Part shown: one piece after another, positions 1 through 12,052 of the stretch
How positions within the stretch are numbered: the first letter of the stretch is position 1
Layout of the letters: each line of letters starts with the position of its first letter
Assembly: GCA_041687825.1 (NCBI GenBank)
Contig: JBDNJI010000028.1
Location: 8,707-72,706 of the forward strand
Length of the DNA stretch: 64,000 nucleotides
Reading direction: 5' to 3'
Origin: Candidatus Planktophila sp.
GTDB lineage: Bacteria > Actinomycetota > Actinomycetes > Nanopelagicales > Nanopelagicaceae
Made by a program: the position numbers and the translations under genes
The notes under the pieces: model-generated
Database searches by the model: none
Seen by the model: the letters and a program-made list of their open reading frames with translations, nothing else
What the model was told of the DNA's origin: nothing

Positions 1-42
1 TTGAAAATATCGCGCTCGCACTGCAAGTTCCATCGCAGACAT
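1..42 (-). CDS. Possible 5' end of an unidentified CDS running off the left edge (MSAMELAVRARYFQ...)
   Basis: ATG at 42 on the minus strand, open to position 1, same orientation as nusB. Too short to identify. Confidence 0.35.
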   Translation of the reverse strand, partial: MSAMELAVRARYFQ

Positions 43-93
43 TTATAAGCTGGGTGGAAGAGGTGAAAATTTCGCTCGTAAAAAATTACTAGA

Positions 94-516
94 TTAGAGC
101 GAGAGTGAACTCTTAATTGAAGCAATTCGTCCAAGAACACCGTGGATATATCCAGCCGAATTGTCGGTGCTTAAATCTTTTGCAAGAGTCAGCGCCTCGT
201 CAATCACAATCCCATCAGCGAGATCATCCACCCAAAGAATTTCATAAATGGCCAGCCTTAGAATATTGCGATCCACGGCCGGCAAACGATCCATATCCCA
301 ACCTTGGGCATAGGTGGCAATCAGTTCGTCAATCTTTCGACTGTGTTCGGAAATTCCCGCTACGAGCTTTCGGGTGTATTCGCGAATCGGCCTTGCATCT
401 GGGCCTTCATCGGGAAGATCTCGAGAGGCCAAAGTTGCAACGAGATCTGTACTACGAATATCAGACTCATAGAGTAAATCAAGGGTCTGTTTGCGAGCTT
501 TACTTCGAGCTGACAC
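94..516 (-). CDS. nusB: Transcription antitermination factor NusB
   Basis: N-terminal MSARSKARK motif, W-x2-DRLPAVDRNILR and IHGVLG; directly downstream of efp. Confidence 0.97.
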   Translation of the reverse strand: MSARSKARKQTLDLLYESDIRSTDLVATLASRDLPDEGPDARPIREYTRKLVAGISEHSRKIDELIATYAQGWDMDRLPAVDRNILRLAIYEILWVDDLADGIVIDEALTLAKDLSTDNSAGYIHGVLGRIASIKSSLSL

Positions 517-1076
517 TAGTTGGCGCGGCCCAAATATGAACCATCTCGAGTATCCACCAAGATCTTCTCATCCTGTTTAATAAAGAGCGGAACTTGAACT
601 TCAATCCCAGTTTCAACTGTCGCCGGTTTGGTTCCACCTGAAGAGCGATCGCCTTGAAGTCCAGGTTCTGTATATGTCACAACAAGTTCAACAGATGCCG
701 CGAGTTCGATATAGAGCGGATTGTTCTCATGGATAGCAACAATTGCGACTGTGTTTTCAAGCATGTAATTAATTGCTTCGCCAACAACATCAGCTGAAAT
801 AGTCATCTGATCGAAGTTTTCATTATCCATAAAGACGAAATCGTCGCCTTCTTTGTAGAGGAAGTTCATCTCTCGTTTTTCAAGGATGGCAATTTCAACT
901 TTAACGCCAGCGTTAAAAGTCTTATCAACAACTTTCCCGGTCATTACCTGCTTTAACTTGGTACGAACAAATGCTGGTCCCTTACCTGGCTTCACATGTT
1001 GGAATTCGACCACGGTCCAAAGTGAACCTTCAATATCTAAGGTCATACCGTTTTTAAGATCATTTGTTGTTGCCAC
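516..1076 (-). CDS. efp: Elongation factor P
   Basis: [14 protein letters not shown] loop (actinobacterial PGKGP type), [22 protein letters not shown]. Start moved to GTG 1076 (GGAG SD upstream, gives 186 aa). Confidence 0.98.
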   Translation of the reverse strand: MATTNDLKNGMTLDIEGSLWTVVEFQHVKPGKGPAFVRTKLKQVMTGKVVDKTFNAGVKVEIAILEKREMNFLYKEGDDFVFMDNENFDQMTISADVVGEAINYMLENTVAIVAIHENNPLYIELAASVELVVTYTEPGLQGDRSSGGTKPATVETGIEVQVPLFIKQDEKILVDTRDGSYLGRAN

Positions 1077-1174
1077 GATAACGCTCCAGTTCACTTCGAA
1101 GATCAACGAACTTTTCGCATCTTCGCGGCCAGCTAGGGCCATTTACTCAGAGCGGCAGTTTACCTCAGGAAAAA

Positions 1175-1606
1175 TTATGAAATGAGCGTCTTAAGCGCTG
1201 CCATAGCGAGAGAGTAAGAATTAGGGCCAAAACCCGAGATAGTCCCAGTTGCTACCCCAGAAATTACCGAGGTATGACGAAACTCTTCCCGCGCAAGAGG
1301 GTTAGAAAGGTGTACCTCAATCAGCGGACTTTTTAGCAACTCGGCCGCATCACGGATTGCGTAGGAGTAATGGGTAAATGCAGCCGGATTAATTATCACC
1401 GCCACCTTGGTATCTGCCGCTTCATGGAGCCATGAAATAATTGTTGCTTCGTCGTCACTCTGACGTACATCGGCTTCAAAACCGTTACTTTCAGCAGCAC
1501 TTTCAATATGTGCAACAAGTTGCGGGTAAGTCATATCTCCATAAATCGAAGAATCTCTAATATCTAGTCGAGCCAAATTTGGTCCGTTAAGTACAAGAAC
1601 TTTCAT
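1175..1606 (-). CDS. aroQ: Type II 3-dehydroquinate dehydratase
   Basis: LNGPNL, INPAAFTHYS, EVHLSN-x3-REEFRH. ATGA overlap with the aroB stop. Confidence 0.96.
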   Translation of the reverse strand: MKVLVLNGPNLARLDIRDSSIYGDMTYPQLVAHIESAAESNGFEADVRQSDDEATIISWLHEAADTKVAVIINPAAFTHYSYAIRDAAELLKSPLIEVHLSNPLAREEFRHTSVISGVATGTISGFGPNSYSLAMAALKTLIS

Positions 1607-2661
1607 TGACATACCTTCTCATACGCTCGCAACATCGCTGGCTCAGATGGATTTTCTAACCGATGTGTCTTGCCTATCTCGCTGATCGTGACAAATCGAA
1701 GGGTCGAGCCACGGGACTTCTTATCGAGTTTCATGGCTGGTAACAGTTCAAGCCAACTCCCTCGAGAATAGGTAGTGGGAAGTTGAAATTGAGTAAGTAG
1801 CTTGAGATGCAGATCGCAAGTATCGCCCGAAATTAAGCCAAGTTCTAACTGCAAATGAGCAATGAATACCATACCGATTGCGACACATTCTCCATGGCGA
1901 AGTTTATAGAGTGAATGTTTTTCGACCGCATGCCCAAATGTGTGACCGTAATTAAGAATTTCACGATCGAAACTCTCCTTGAAATCAGTTGAAACTACCT
2001 TGGCTTTCACCTGCACAGCGCGATAAACAATTTCTTCCTGCATTGTTTTATTCTCGCGAAGTGAGGCAAGGGATTGCGTCGCTAATAGATCCAGAATTAC
2101 GGGATCGCTGATAAACCCACACTTGATTACCTCGGCTAACCCGGCTGAAAAATCTCGATCTGAGAGAGTTTCAAACCAAGAAATATCGGTAATCACTTGG
2201 ATAGGTGAATAAAAAGCTCCGATTAAGTTCTTCCCATAATCACTATTTATGCCCGTTTTCCCGCCAACAGCGGCATCTACGGCACCTGCAACTGTTGTCG
2301 GGATCGCAACCCATTCGACTCCGCGCAGGTAGGACGAAGCGGCAAATCCGGCAACATCGGTGACCGCTCCCCCACCAATTGCAACAATCAAGTCGCTGCG
2401 TGTAAATCCAGCGGCAGCAAGCCAGTCCCACAATTTTATAAGCGTTGTGAAACCCTTTCCATCCTCGCCCTCTGGAATAACGAAATAGAAAAATTCACAA
2501 TCACCGCTGTCAAGATTGCCAATTCTATCTTTCAAAAATTGCGTGGTTACTACTGCGCAACGAGAGCGCAAAGCCGTAAGAGTCTGCAGTTCATCTCGCC
2601 AATGATCAGTCAAGTGAACGCTGTAAGAAATCTCGGCAGTGATATCGATCTTACGACTCAT
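1603..2661 (-). CDS. aroB: 3-dehydroquinate synthase
   Basis: GGGAVTDVAGF, DAAVGGKTG, LNYGHTFGHAVE, HGECVAIG. Confidence 0.97.
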   Translation of the reverse strand: MSRKIDITAEISYSVHLTDHWRDELQTLTALRSRCAVVTTQFLKDRIGNLDSGDCEFFYFVIPEGEDGKGFTTLIKLWDWLAAAGFTRSDLIVAIGGGAVTDVAGFAASSYLRGVEWVAIPTTVAGAVDAAVGGKTGINSDYGKNLIGAFYSPIQVITDISWFETLSDRDFSAGLAEVIKCGFISDPVILDLLATQSLASLRENKTMQEEIVYRAVQVKAKVVSTDFKESFDREILNYGHTFGHAVEKHSLYKLRHGECVAIGMVFIAHLQLELGLISGDTCDLHLKLLTQFQLPTTYSRGSWLELLPAMKLDKKSRGSTLRFVTISEIGKTHRLENPSEPAMLRAYEKVCQ

Positions 2662-3218
2662 AAGGAAACCTCTTCCAATTCGAACAGTCTGCGCGAAATC
2701 TTCTGGGAAATCTGAGAAGGAGATCCTTCGTCGGTTGAAATCGTAAAGGTTGCTAATTTTTCATAGATTGGGCGGCGAATATTCATCAATTCCTGCCACT
2801 TACTTCGTGGATTGCCCACCAATAGTGGTCGATCGCGATTAAAGCCCACTCGGGGAGCGGCGCTGGATAATGAGACATCAAGAAAGACAATCGGTGAACT
2901 GCACTTCTCTAACTCATCTCGAGTAGTCGCATCCATGACTGAACCACCACCAAGAGAGAGCACACCAGCAAAGGTCTTCAACTCATCAGTGACAACTTCA
3001 GATTCTAAAGCGCGAAAAAACGGTTCGCCTTCTATCAAAAAAATCTCCGATACCGACATCTTGGCGCGTTCTTCGATAATCGCATCAGTGTCATGAAATG
3101 GCGTCTCTAACCGAGTTCCAAGTGAACGACCGATAGAAGATTTACCAGATCCTGGGGGTCCGATCAGAATAACCCGGGGGCCCACTTGGCCTGCTACTGA
3201 TGCTTGCGACATGGTCAC
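2658..3218 (-). CDS. aroK: Shikimate kinase
   Basis: P-loop [26 protein letters not shown]. Confidence 0.96.
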   Translation of the reverse strand: MTMSQASVAGQVGPRVILIGPPGSGKSSIGRSLGTRLETPFHDTDAIIEERAKMSVSEIFLIEGEPFFRALESEVVTDELKTFAGVLSLGGGSVMDATTRDELEKCSSPIVFLDVSLSSAAPRVGFNRDRPLLVGNPRSKWQELMNIRRPIYEKLATFTISTDEGSPSQISQKISRRLFELEEVSL

Positions 3219-4396
3219 TTATAACGAAGATGAGCCATATAAGAGTCAAAATTTCGTTTCGTCTCGCCCACGCTATCTCCACCAAATTTTTCAAGAACGG
3301 CCTGCGCCAATACCAGCGCCGCCATCGCTTCCCCAACGATGCCAGCAGCTGGAACCGCACAGACATCAGATCGCTGATTAATAGCTTTTGCCGGTTCTCC
3401 AGTTGCAACATCAATTGTGTCAAGTGCCTTTGGAACCGTCGAGATTGGCTTCATTGCAATACTTACTCGCAAGACTTCACCGTTAGACATTCCGCCCTCA
3501 GTACCACCAGCTCGATCTGTGCGACGTACGATCTCTCCAGCGGAATTCCTCTCAATTTCATCGTGAGCAATAGACCCTTTTCGAGTTGCAGTAGTGAATC
3601 CGTCACCAACTTCAACACCTTTAATCGCTTGGATTCCCATTAACGCTCCTGCTAGTTGCGCATCGAGTCGTCGATCCCAATGAACGTGTGAACCTAAACC
3701 TGGTGGCATGTTAAATGCCAGAATCTCACAGACACCACCAAGAGTGTCTCCATCAGAATGTGCGGCTTCAATTTCAGCAACCATCTTGGCACTTGTCGCA
3801 GGATCCGCGCAGCGCACCGGATCACTATCGATGCGCTCAAGATCGCCACTCTTTGGAAGCGAGGTTCCCTCTGGAATTCTTACCGAACCAATTGAGACAA
3901 CGTGGCTAAGAATCGTGATTCCTACGCTCTGTTCGAGAAATGCTCGGGCAACTGCACCAAGTGCGACTCGTGCCGCAGTCTCTCTTGCACTCGCTCGTTC
4001 TAGGATGGGACGAGCGTCATCAAAATCGTACTTCTGCATTCCGACTAAATCTGCATGGCCTGGACGAGGACGAGTTAAAGGTGCATTACGTGCCAAGTTT
4101 GCAATCTCACTTTCATCAAGTGGATCAGCAGACATCACCTTCTCCCACTTGGGCCATTCTGAATTGCCCACCTGGATTGATATTGGGCCACCTTGTGTTA
4201 CTCCTAAGCGGATTCCACCAAGGATTGAAATTTTATCGGCCTCGAAATTTTGCCGCGCACCTCGACCAAAACCTAACCGTCGACGCGCTAAATGAAAATC
4301 AATGAATGAAGAATCAATCGTGACGTGAGCCGGTACTCCTTCAACAATTGCCGAAAGGGCCTGACCGTGAGATTCGCCTGCTGTTAACCAACGCAT
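3215..4396 (-). CDS. aroC: Chorismate synthase
   Basis: [42 protein letters not shown]. Confidence 0.98.
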   Translation of the reverse strand: MRWLTAGESHGQALSAIVEGVPAHVTIDSSFIDFHLARRRLGFGRGARQNFEADKISILGGIRLGVTQGGPISIQVGNSEWPKWEKVMSADPLDESEIANLARNAPLTRPRPGHADLVGMQKYDFDDARPILERASARETAARVALGAVARAFLEQSVGITILSHVVSIGSVRIPEGTSLPKSGDLERIDSDPVRCADPATSAKMVAEIEAAHSDGDTLGGVCEILAFNMPPGLGSHVHWDRRLDAQLAGALMGIQAIKGVEVGDGFTTATRKGSIAHDEIERNSAGEIVRRTDRAGGTEGGMSNGEVLRVSIAMKPISTVPKALDTIDVATGEPAKAINQRSDVCAVPAAGIVGEAMAALVLAQAVLEKFGGDSVGETKRNFDSYMAHLRYK

Positions 4397-4437
4397 AGGC
4401 GTATTCTGGCAGAAATAGCGGGGTAATGTCGCACAAT

Positions 4438-4848
4438 TTAAGTCAAAAGTGTCAGCAAGGCCGCGCTTGATATCGCAGGGGCTAACGGCAGAGACGACAC
4501 CAGCATCCGAGTCCCAATAGCAACGATTGCTAGATGAAGCAGTAAAAATGCCGATAGTGCAAGTGTGAAAGATTCGATCGTCTCAAGATCTGGCAAAAGA
4601 ACGAAAGCGAAGATAACGATAAGAAATTTCACATCGCCCATACCAAGACCTGCCCAACGCCATAGGAAGATCAACACAAGTAGCAGCGGCAAAAGTGCGA
4701 TCGGAGAGTTGATTGACTTGAACTCGTTTAAGGTGCGAAAGATAGCGGTCGATCCAGCGAGAGTTACCAGCGCATAGTTCGGAATTCGGTGCTCCTTGAG
4801 ATCAATTACTGAGATAAAAAGTGCAAATGGAAGAAATAGGTAAATCAC
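4438..4848 (-). CDS. Minimal A24-family prepilin peptidase
   Basis: Hydrophobic 136 aa with both aspartate motifs ([15 protein letters not shown]). Sits between aroE and aroC as in other actinomycetes. Confidence 0.8.
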   Translation of the reverse strand: MIYLFLPFALFISVIDLKEHRIPNYALVTLAGSTAIFRTLNEFKSINSPIALLPLLLVLIFLWRWAGLGMGDVKFLIVIFAFVLLPDLETIESFTLALSAFLLLHLAIVAIGTRMLVSSLPLAPAISSAALLTLLT

Positions 4849-4907
4849 AACCGAAGCCTAGGAGCTAGCTTTAGCTCAGAATTTATTTTTAAGTCAGGGT
4901 GTGGGTA

Positions 4908-5711
4908 TCAACCTTGAGCAAGTAGCGGACGGAGGTACTGGGAAAGACCCTCACGATCGAGTTCTTTATCAAGTACCAGCGCAAATTGATCAATACCCTG
5001 CCAGAGAAGGAGTTCTTTTCCATTGATTACTTGGCCACCATGATCAGACCAACGTGAAGCCAGGATCGTGGGCCACGGTTTATAAATCACATCGAAGAGA
5101 ACTGCGTCAATCACATCCGGAAGGTAATCGGCTAACAAATCTGCCGCCCCAGCAGGAGTAGTGTTAATGACGCAATCAAATGAAGCCAAATCAAAGTCAT
5201 CTTCCCAACGAAGATACTCAAAATCTGAATCGACTACGCAGTGTTGCAACGCATCGCGGCGAGTCGAGGTCCGCCCCAGTACAGCAATCGAATCGGCAAA
5301 GCCATCGAGTGCACCAGCAACCGCGCGGGCAGTCCCGCCCGCCCCAAGAATGAGAGCGCGGGAGCAAGAAGCTACATTCGAATACTCAAGGGCCGCACGA
5401 AATCCAGATCCATCGGTGGATTCACCGCACCATCTGCCATCGCGCTTAAATAACGTATTAACAGATCCGATACGAAGCGCGAGATCGGAGAATTTAACAT
5501 CGAGTGACAACGCCTCTTCCTTTAGTGGCATCGTTAATGAGAGATAGTCAAAATCATCTGACCTATCCGCGATGAAATCTTGCAACGTTCCGCTGGCCAC
5601 CTCAATGGCTTGATACTCCGCCGGCAGATTAAGAAATGTGAATGCCGCATTATGAAGAGTTGGTGAGAGCGAATGAGAAATTGGAAATCCAAGAACTGCG
5701 CCACGTAACAT
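4908..5711 (-). CDS. aroE: Shikimate dehydrogenase
   Basis: HSLSPTLH, SLTMPLKE, SVNT, GAGGTAR, DVIYKP. Confidence 0.95.
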   Translation of the reverse strand: MLRGAVLGFPISHSLSPTLHNAAFTFLNLPAEYQAIEVASGTLQDFIADRSDDFDYLSLTMPLKEEALSLDVKFSDLALRIGSVNTLFKRDGRWCGESTDGSGFRAALEYSNVASCSRALILGAGGTARAVAGALDGFADSIAVLGRTSTRRDALQHCVVDSDFEYLRWEDDFDLASFDCVINTTPAGAADLLADYLPDVIDAVLFDVIYKPWPTILASRWSDHGGQVINGKELLLWQGIDQFALVLDKELDREGLSQYLRPLLAQG

Positions 5712-6745
5712 CAATTATCTCCAAACTTGCCGGATCGAAGATTGGCCTTATAGATCAACTTCCATCCATTGAATTCATCAAAACTATCAGTAAAACGAGT
5801 GTCCCCCGGAGCGACCGTAATGAAATAGAGCCACTTGCCAGCAGCAGGATTGAGCGCCGCACTGAGGGCTAATTTTCCCGGATTACCGATTGGCGAAGGT
5901 GGTAAACCACGAGAACGATATGTGTTGTAAGGCGAATTGATCAGCGTCGATTTCGTACTCAGAAAAATCTGACCTCTTCGTTTTTCAATGTAATTAACAG
6001 TCGAATCCATCTGAAGCGGCATACCGATTCTAAGTCGATTATAAATAACCTGTGACACCTTATCGAAATCTTTCACATCACCCTCTGCTTGAATGATTGA
6101 TGCGATTGTGAGCAGTTCAGGTGCTGAGTAATTGCGTACAGGCGTAAAGTAGCCAAGCGAGCTGAGTTCGGTAATTGCTCGAGCGAGAATTTGTTCTAGC
6201 GCGATCAAGGCCGGAGTTCCGTTTGCGAAACTATATTGTGCTGGGAATAAGAGCCCCTCAAGTGTGAGAAAAGGAGCGGGTATCTCAACTTTGGCAAATG
6301 CTTGCTTAACCTCGGCGATTGGATAGCCAGCCTCGACAAAAAGCTTCTCAATTTCAACCTCCCACGCACCTTCGATAATCGGAATCAGACCACCGATGCG
6401 TTCTGAGTCGAGCAACTGCGTCAGCGCTAACTCGGCACAGATTTTTTTATCAATTGAGTGCAGCCCCGGTGCGATCCCCTCAGAACTAGGATCACTCACC
6501 GCGACCCTAAAAAATGAATCGATCGACTTTGTCACGCCCTTCTCAAAGAGTTCTCTCGCAATTTGCGAACCGGACTCCCCTGCAGCTATATCTATTGACA
6601 CTCTCGCAGCTCCATCAATTACATCGCAGGCATAGTCGGGTGGCGCCTTAGGGCCACGATCAATCACGCTGAGCGAAAAAATAATCAAAACCGTTGCAAG
6701 GAGAGCGGCGATCACTCTTGCAAGGGCGCCTTTATTGACGATCAC
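5711..6745 (-). CDS. mltG: Endolytic transglycosylase MltG
   Basis: N-terminal TM anchor, LEGLLFP, ASIIQAE (catalytic Glu), VIYNRL, SPYNTY-x3-GLPPSPIGNPG. Confidence 0.93.
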   Translation of the reverse strand: MIVNKGALARVIAALLATVLIIFSLSVIDRGPKAPPDYACDVIDGAARVSIDIAAGESGSQIARELFEKGVTKSIDSFFRVAVSDPSSEGIAPGLHSIDKKICAELALTQLLDSERIGGLIPIIEGAWEVEIEKLFVEAGYPIAEVKQAFAKVEIPAPFLTLEGLLFPAQYSFANGTPALIALEQILARAITELSSLGYFTPVRNYSAPELLTIASIIQAEGDVKDFDKVSQVIYNRLRIGMPLQMDSTVNYIEKRRGQIFLSTKSTLINSPYNTYRSRGLPPSPIGNPGKLALSAALNPAAGKWLYFITVAPGDTRFTDSFDEFNGWKLIYKANLRSGKFGDN

Positions 6746-7151
6746 GTTTGAGTCCGAATTCTAATATTGCAACTGCCGCCATTGAATCTATAAGGGTTTT
6801 TGCTCTCTTTGCATCGATGCCAACCTCTTTCAGCGTCTTAAGTGCATTGACAGTGCTGAGTCGTTCGTCGATCAGTTCGGTAGGAATGTTCGTAAGCGCA
6901 TTCATTCGAACTTCAAACGCTCTCGCCTTAGTCGAGGACTCAGACTCTTGCCCGGAAAGGTTCAACGGCAATCCAATATAAATTTTTGTTGGCTCATATT
7001 CATCGATAAGTACTTTAATCTGTTGATTTAGCGATGGATCCTTTGCTAATAAGAAATCGAGCGGGGAAGAGAGAATCCCATCACTATCGCAGACCGCAAC
7101 ACCGATTCGAACGTCACCAAAATCGAAGGCTAAACGTCGACCGATTCGCAC
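6732..7151 (-). CDS. ruvX: YqgF/RuvX family nuclease (pre-16S rRNA processing)
   Basis: DFGDVRIGVA, GLPL, DERLST, IDSMAAVAIL; follows alaS. Confidence 0.94.
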   Translation of the reverse strand: MRIGRRLAFDFGDVRIGVAVCDSDGILSSPLDFLLAKDPSLNQQIKVLIDEYEPTKIYIGLPLNLSGQESESSTKARAFEVRMNALTNIPTELIDERLSTVNALKTLKEVGIDAKRAKTLIDSMAAVAILEFGLKRDRQ

Positions 7152-7153
7152 AA

Positions 7154-9829
7154 TTAGTCGCCTGCGATGGATCGTTCAATAGCGCTAAGGGCCTCTGGAA
7201 TCTTCGAGCCATCATTGCCGCCACCCTGGGCGAAATCATCTTTACCGCCACCGCCACCGCCAAGAATCGCACTACCAAGTTTAACGAGTCCACCAGATTT
7301 AATACCTTTAGCACGCGCACGATCGCTAGCGGCAACAACTAAGACAACTTTTCCATCTACGATGCTAGTAAGAGCTACTACGGAATCCGCATTTCTTGCA
7401 CGCAGGTCTAGCGCGACTTGTCGCAGATCATCTGCTGCCAAACCATCACTAAGTGCGGAACCAATAAATGAAATTCCGTTTATCTCTTTTGCAGAGGCCA
7501 GCAACAAGGAAGCGCTAGCAAGGGCTTGCGCAGTTCTCAGCGTGGCGAGCTCTTTCTCAATATCTTTCATCTTGCTGACTAGCTCATTAATCCGGACCGG
7601 AAGTTCATCCACCCGGGCGCCTTTAATAATTTGGGTCAATGAGTTAAGCAACATATGTTCACGGGCCAAGAAATGATATGCATCGGCTCCAACGATCGCT
7701 TCGACTCGTCGCACTCCCGCACCGATCGAAGATTCCGAGAGCAACTTGATGATTCCGAGTTGCCCAGAGCGAAGCACGTGGGTACCACCGCAAAGTTCGC
7801 GCGCCCAATCCCCGACACTGACCACTCGGACACGATCACCATATTTCTCACCGAATAGCGCCATAGCGCCTAATTTCTTCGCCTCATCCTGAGACATAAC
7901 CTCTGCACTGACCGCAAGATCATCAAGCAATAGCGTGTTCACTCGAGCTTCCACATCATTGAGGACGCTAACTGAGACGGCGCCGGTCGATGGAAAATCA
8001 AATCTGAATCGTCCTGGTGAATTTTCGGAGCCTGCCTGAGTTGCAGTCTCTCCTAGAATTTCGCGGAATGCTTTGTGAACCATATGTGTCGCTGTATGTG
8101 CACGAGAAATAGCGTTACGACGCTCGCTATCAATTTCTGCGAGTGAAAGTGAACCTATTGATATTTCACCTGATAGAACTCGGCCACGGTGGACAGAAAG
8201 TCCCGGTACTAGTGACTGCACGTCATCGATTTCAACCACGGTGCCATTTGCAAGAGTGATGCGCCCACCATCTGCTAACTGTCCGCCACCTTCTGCATAG
8301 AAAGGTGTTCGATCTAAAACTATTTCAACTTCGCTGCCAGCACTTGCCGCTTGCGACAAGAGGCCATCAACCAGGATGCCGGTAACGGTGGATTCAGATT
8401 GGGTTGCGGTGTAACCAACAAACTCTGAGAGTCCCTTTGCGTCGACGATCTTCTTATACTCACTGACATCGGTGTGACCGCTCTTCTTTGCCCGCGAATC
8501 AGCCTTGGCCCGATCACGCTGCTCTTCCATAAGTCGGGTGAATCCAACTTCATCGATCTCTAAACCTTCTTCGCGCGCCATCTCGAGTGTGAGGTCGAAG
8601 GGAAAACCATAAGTGTCGTGTAACTTGAAAACATCCTCACCGCTCATCAGCGTCGATTTCGTGCTCTTCAGTGATGATGCCGCAACATCAAAGATTGTGG
8701 TACCGCTCTTAAGAGTTTGCATGAAACTCTCTTCTTCAGAAGCACTCACGGAGAGAATACGAGTTGAATCTGTAATCAATTCCGGATACTGAGGCCCCAT
8801 CGCCAAAATCGCGCTCTTGGTGAGCTCTGCCATGCTGGCATCATTTGTACCAAGAAGGCGCATATTGCGAATCGTTCGACGCATCATGCGACGTAGAACA
8901 TAACCACGCCCCTCATTACCCGGGGTGACTCCATCACCAATTAACATCGCAGAGGTGCGTGCATGATCGGCGATTACTCGGAGCGAAATATCAGATTTCT
9001 CATTCTCCCCATAGCGAACTCCTGAAAGTTCGCTTGCACGAGTAAGAATTTGCATAGTGGTATCAATTTCATAAATATTTTCAACACCCTGCAACAGCGC
9101 TGCCATTCGTTCTAGACCTAAACCAGTATCAATACTCTTTGCTGGAAGCTCACCTAAGATCGGATAACTATCTTTGCCACCACCAGCACCACGTTCATTT
9201 TGCATGAAGACAAGGTTCCACACTTCAAGATAGCGATTCTCATCAGCAACTGGACCACCGTCGATGCCGTAAACAGGTCCGCGATCGTAATAAATTTCTG
9301 AGCAAGGCCCGCACGGTCCTGGCACTCCCATTGACCAGAAATTATCCGCCATGTCACGACGTTGGATGCGTTCCTTAGGAACACCAATCTTCTTATGCCA
9401 AATATCTGCTGCTTCGTCATCATCGAGATAGACAGTTACCCAGAGTTTCTCTTCTGGAAAACCATACCCACCCTGCGCGATTGGCTTAGTGAGCAGCTCC
9501 CACGCGAGAGTAATTGCACCTTCTTTGAAGTAGTCGCCAAATGAGAAGTTGCCACACATTTGGAAAAATGATGCATGGCGGGTTGTCTTACCTACTTCAT
9601 CAATATCTAAAGTGCGAACACACTTTTGTACTGAGGTTGCCCGTTTGTAGGGAGGAGTCACTTCACCTAGAAAGAAAGGCTTAAACGGAACCATGCCGGC
9701 ATTAACCAAAAGTAAGTTTGGATCGTCGGCAATCAAGGATGCTGAGGGTACGACTGTGTGGGTGAGGCCTAGCGAGTTGCCAGATTCAAAAAAGCGCAGC
9801 CAACGTGCGCGGATCTCTGCCGATTCCAC
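7154..9829 (-). CDS. alaS: Alanine--tRNA ligase
   Basis: [26 protein letters not shown], editing motifs HTATH and ELCGGTH, C-terminal GGGGGK. Confidence 0.99.
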   Translation of the reverse strand: MESAEIRARWLRFFESGNSLGLTHTVVPSASLIADDPNLLLVNAGMVPFKPFFLGEVTPPYKRATSVQKCVRTLDIDEVGKTTRHASFFQMCGNFSFGDYFKEGAITLAWELLTKPIAQGGYGFPEEKLWVTVYLDDDEAADIWHKKIGVPKERIQRRDMADNFWSMGVPGPCGPCSEIYYDRGPVYGIDGGPVADENRYLEVWNLVFMQNERGAGGGKDSYPILGELPAKSIDTGLGLERMAALLQGVENIYEIDTTMQILTRASELSGVRYGENEKSDISLRVIADHARTSAMLIGDGVTPGNEGRGYVLRRMMRRTIRNMRLLGTNDASMAELTKSAILAMGPQYPELITDSTRILSVSASEEESFMQTLKSGTTIFDVAASSLKSTKSTLMSGEDVFKLHDTYGFPFDLTLEMAREEGLEIDEVGFTRLMEEQRDRAKADSRAKKSGHTDVSEYKKIVDAKGLSEFVGYTATQSESTVTGILVDGLLSQAASAGSEVEIVLDRTPFYAEGGGQLADGGRITLANGTVVEIDDVQSLVPGLSVHRGRVLSGEISIGSLSLAEIDSERRNAISRAHTATHMVHKAFREILGETATQAGSENSPGRFRFDFPSTGAVSVSVLNDVEARVNTLLLDDLAVSAEVMSQDEAKKLGAMALFGEKYGDRVRVVSVGDWARELCGGTHVLRSGQLGIIKLLSESSIGAGVRRVEAIVGADAYHFLAREHMLLNSLTQIIKGARVDELPVRINELVSKMKDIEKELATLRTAQALASASLLLASAKEINGISFIGSALSDGLAADDLRQVALDLRARNADSVVALTSIVDGKVVLVVAASDRARAKGIKSGGLVKLGSAILGGGGGGKDDFAQGGGNDGSKIPEALSAIERSIAGD

Positions 9830-9838
9830 GAATTAAAT

Positions 9839-10204
9839 TCACTCAGCCTTCTTCTTCTTTTTTCCGCGACCTTTATTACTTGCGGTGGCAGAAATAATGG
9901 CGCTTGCGACTTTGAGCACCGGGCCACCTTTATCCATGAAATCGGTAGCCACTTCGCTTGCCTTAGTTGTTACTTCTTCTACATTCTTCGTAATTCGAGC
10001 AAATGACTCAAGCGGGCTATTAATCAATTCCAGAGTGCGAGTTGACTCGTTAATGAGGGGCGTTGTCTCGACTGTAAGAACTTTCAGCGAGGCACTTGCT
10101 TCATCAATAAAGCGACCGACACGAATTAACGCGTAGGCGAGTGCGATAGCGATAAAGAGCAAAGCAACGGCGCCCATGATTGTGGCAATTCCACCTGGTC
10201 CCAT
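9839..10204 (-). CDS. DUF948-like membrane-anchored protein
   Basis: N-terminal TM plus helical region and basic tail; usual position upstream of alaS in actinomycetes. Confidence 0.7.
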   Translation of the reverse strand: MGPGGIATIMGAVALLFIAIALAYALIRVGRFIDEASASLKVLTVETTPLINESTRTLELINSPLESFARITKNVEEVTTKASEVATDFMDKGGPVLKVASAIISATASNKGRGKKKKKAE

Positions 10205-10265
10205 GCTCTTCTCCCTCGCTCTTATTCACACATTGTCGGTCTAATTCTAAGCCTACCTGATCACT

Positions 10266-12011
10266 TTACGTTGCGGGCGTATCTGGCTTGAAATCGATCG
10301 CACTCTCACGCCGCTGGGCCGCGGTGATCGGAGTAGGTGCACCCGTGAGTGGATCGCCACCACTTGCGGTCTTCGGAAATGCAATCACTTCTCGGATTGA
10401 GTCACTGCCAGTAAGCAGTGCACACACTCGGTCTAAGCCAAGCGCAATTCCGCCATGCGGAGGTGGACCGTAATTAAAAGCTTCAAGTAAGAAACCAAAT
10501 TTACTATTTGTCTCTTCATCACTAAGTCCAATTACCCGGAAAACTTCGCGCTGAATATTCTTGTCATGGATTCGGATCGATCCTCCGCCTAATTCAGTTC
10601 CATTAAGAACGATGTCATAGGCGTAAGCCAACGCTGAAGCAGGATCAGTTGCAAAAGTTGAAACAAACTCTGGCTTAGGACCAGTAAATGGATGATGAAC
10701 CGCAGTCCAACCACCGTTATCGGTTGGTTCAAACATAGGCGCATCCACTACCCAGACGAACTTCCATGCGCCTTCTTCTATGAGATTGCAGCGTTTTCCG
10801 ATTTCGATTCGGACCGCACCTAGCAATTGTTGCGATGAAGATCGATCTCCTGCGGCAAAGAAAATAGCATCACCATTCTTTGCACCAACAGCGGCAGCAA
10901 TGTTTTTCTGCTCATCCTCAGTAATGTTCTTTGACACCGGGCCACCCAGCGTTCCATCATCACCAACGAGAATGTAAGCCAGACCTTTTGCACCTCGTGC
11001 TTTGGCCCAGTCCTGCCAGGCATCTAGCTCGCGACGTGGGGAGTTAGCGCCCCCTGGCATCACCACTGCGCCAACGTACGGTGCTTGGAAAACACGGAAT
11101 GGAGTCTCTTTAAAGAAATCTGTTACTTCTCTTAATTCATTATCAAAGCGAAGATCAGGCTTGTCAGATCCAAAGCGATTCATCGCATCGGCATAAGTCA
11201 TGTGAGCGATCGGAGTTGGGATTGTGTATCCAACACTTTCACGCCAAATATCGACCAATATTTTCTCTGCCACGGCGATGATGTCGGCTTGATCTACGAA
11301 AGACATTTCCAGATCTAATTGCGTAAATTCTGGTTGACGGTCTGCCCGGAAATCCTCATCACGGAAACAGCGGGCAATTTGGTAGTAACGCTCCATTCCT
11401 GCCACCATCAATAACTGCTTAAACAATTGTGGCGACTGAGGAAGGGCATACCAACTACCTGGTTGCAATCGAACTGGAACTAGGAAATCTCGCGCACCTT
11501 CTGGTGTCGATCGAGTGAGATACGGAGTTTCAATCTCTAGAAAGTCCAAGTCATCCATCGCACGACGAATAGTTGAAGTTACCTTCGAACGAAGACGAAG
11601 GTTGGCTGCCGGACCCTCACGGCGTAAATCTAAATAGCGATAGCGCAGACGTACTTCTTCTGAAATATCTGCTTCAACTCCAGTATCAACCGGAAATGGC
11701 AATGGAGCGGATTCACTGAGGACTGTAACTTGATCAGCACGCACTTCGATCGCACCAGTGGGTATGCCAGAGTTTTCGTTTCCAGCAGGGCGCGCAATGA
11801 CTTCGCCAGTGATGGCCAAGCACCATTCAGCACGAAGTGATCCGGCTAGCTCTTCATCCCCAATGACAACTTGAACCGCGCCAGTTGCATCTCGGAGATC
11901 GATAAATGCAACTCCCCCGTGATCGCGCCTTCTGGCAACCCAACCTGCGAGCGTGACAGTCTGACCAATATGGAAAGCACGCAGTGAGCCTGCATCATTG
12001 CTACGAATCAT
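10266..12011 (-). CDS. aspS: Aspartate--tRNA ligase, probably non-discriminating Asp/Asn type
   Basis: RRRDHGG (His typical of ND-AspRS), [15 protein letters not shown]-x-RADRQPEF, [12 protein letters not shown]. Confidence 0.98.
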   Translation of the reverse strand: MIRSNDAGSLRAFHIGQTVTLAGWVARRRDHGGVAFIDLRDATGAVQVVIGDEELAGSLRAEWCLAITGEVIARPAGNENSGIPTGAIEVRADQVTVLSESAPLPFPVDTGVEADISEEVRLRYRYLDLRREGPAANLRLRSKVTSTIRRAMDDLDFLEIETPYLTRSTPEGARDFLVPVRLQPGSWYALPQSPQLFKQLLMVAGMERYYQIARCFRDEDFRADRQPEFTQLDLEMSFVDQADIIAVAEKILVDIWRESVGYTIPTPIAHMTYADAMNRFGSDKPDLRFDNELREVTDFFKETPFRVFQAPYVGAVVMPGGANSPRRELDAWQDWAKARGAKGLAYILVGDDGTLGGPVSKNITEDEQKNIAAAVGAKNGDAIFFAAGDRSSSQQLLGAVRIEIGKRCNLIEEGAWKFVWVVDAPMFEPTDNGGWTAVHHPFTGPKPEFVSTFATDPASALAYAYDIVLNGTELGGGSIRIHDKNIQREVFRVIGLSDEETNSKFGFLLEAFNYGPPPHGGIALGLDRVCALLTGSDSIREVIAFPKTASGGDPLTGAPTPITAAQRRESAIDFKPDTPAT

Positions 12012-12052
12012 GAACGTCGCTACTTTCTATTCTCTGCAAAGCTCTCTCGCCA

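Noticed and set aside
1077-1142. In-frame 22-aa N-terminal extension of EF-P
   Set aside because: GTG 1076 has an SD and gives the normal EF-P length; the extension covers the structured leader.
4438-4848. Prepilin peptidase as evidence of a pilus locus
   Set aside because: No pilin or assembly genes nearby; its place in the aro cluster is a known actinomycete arrangement.
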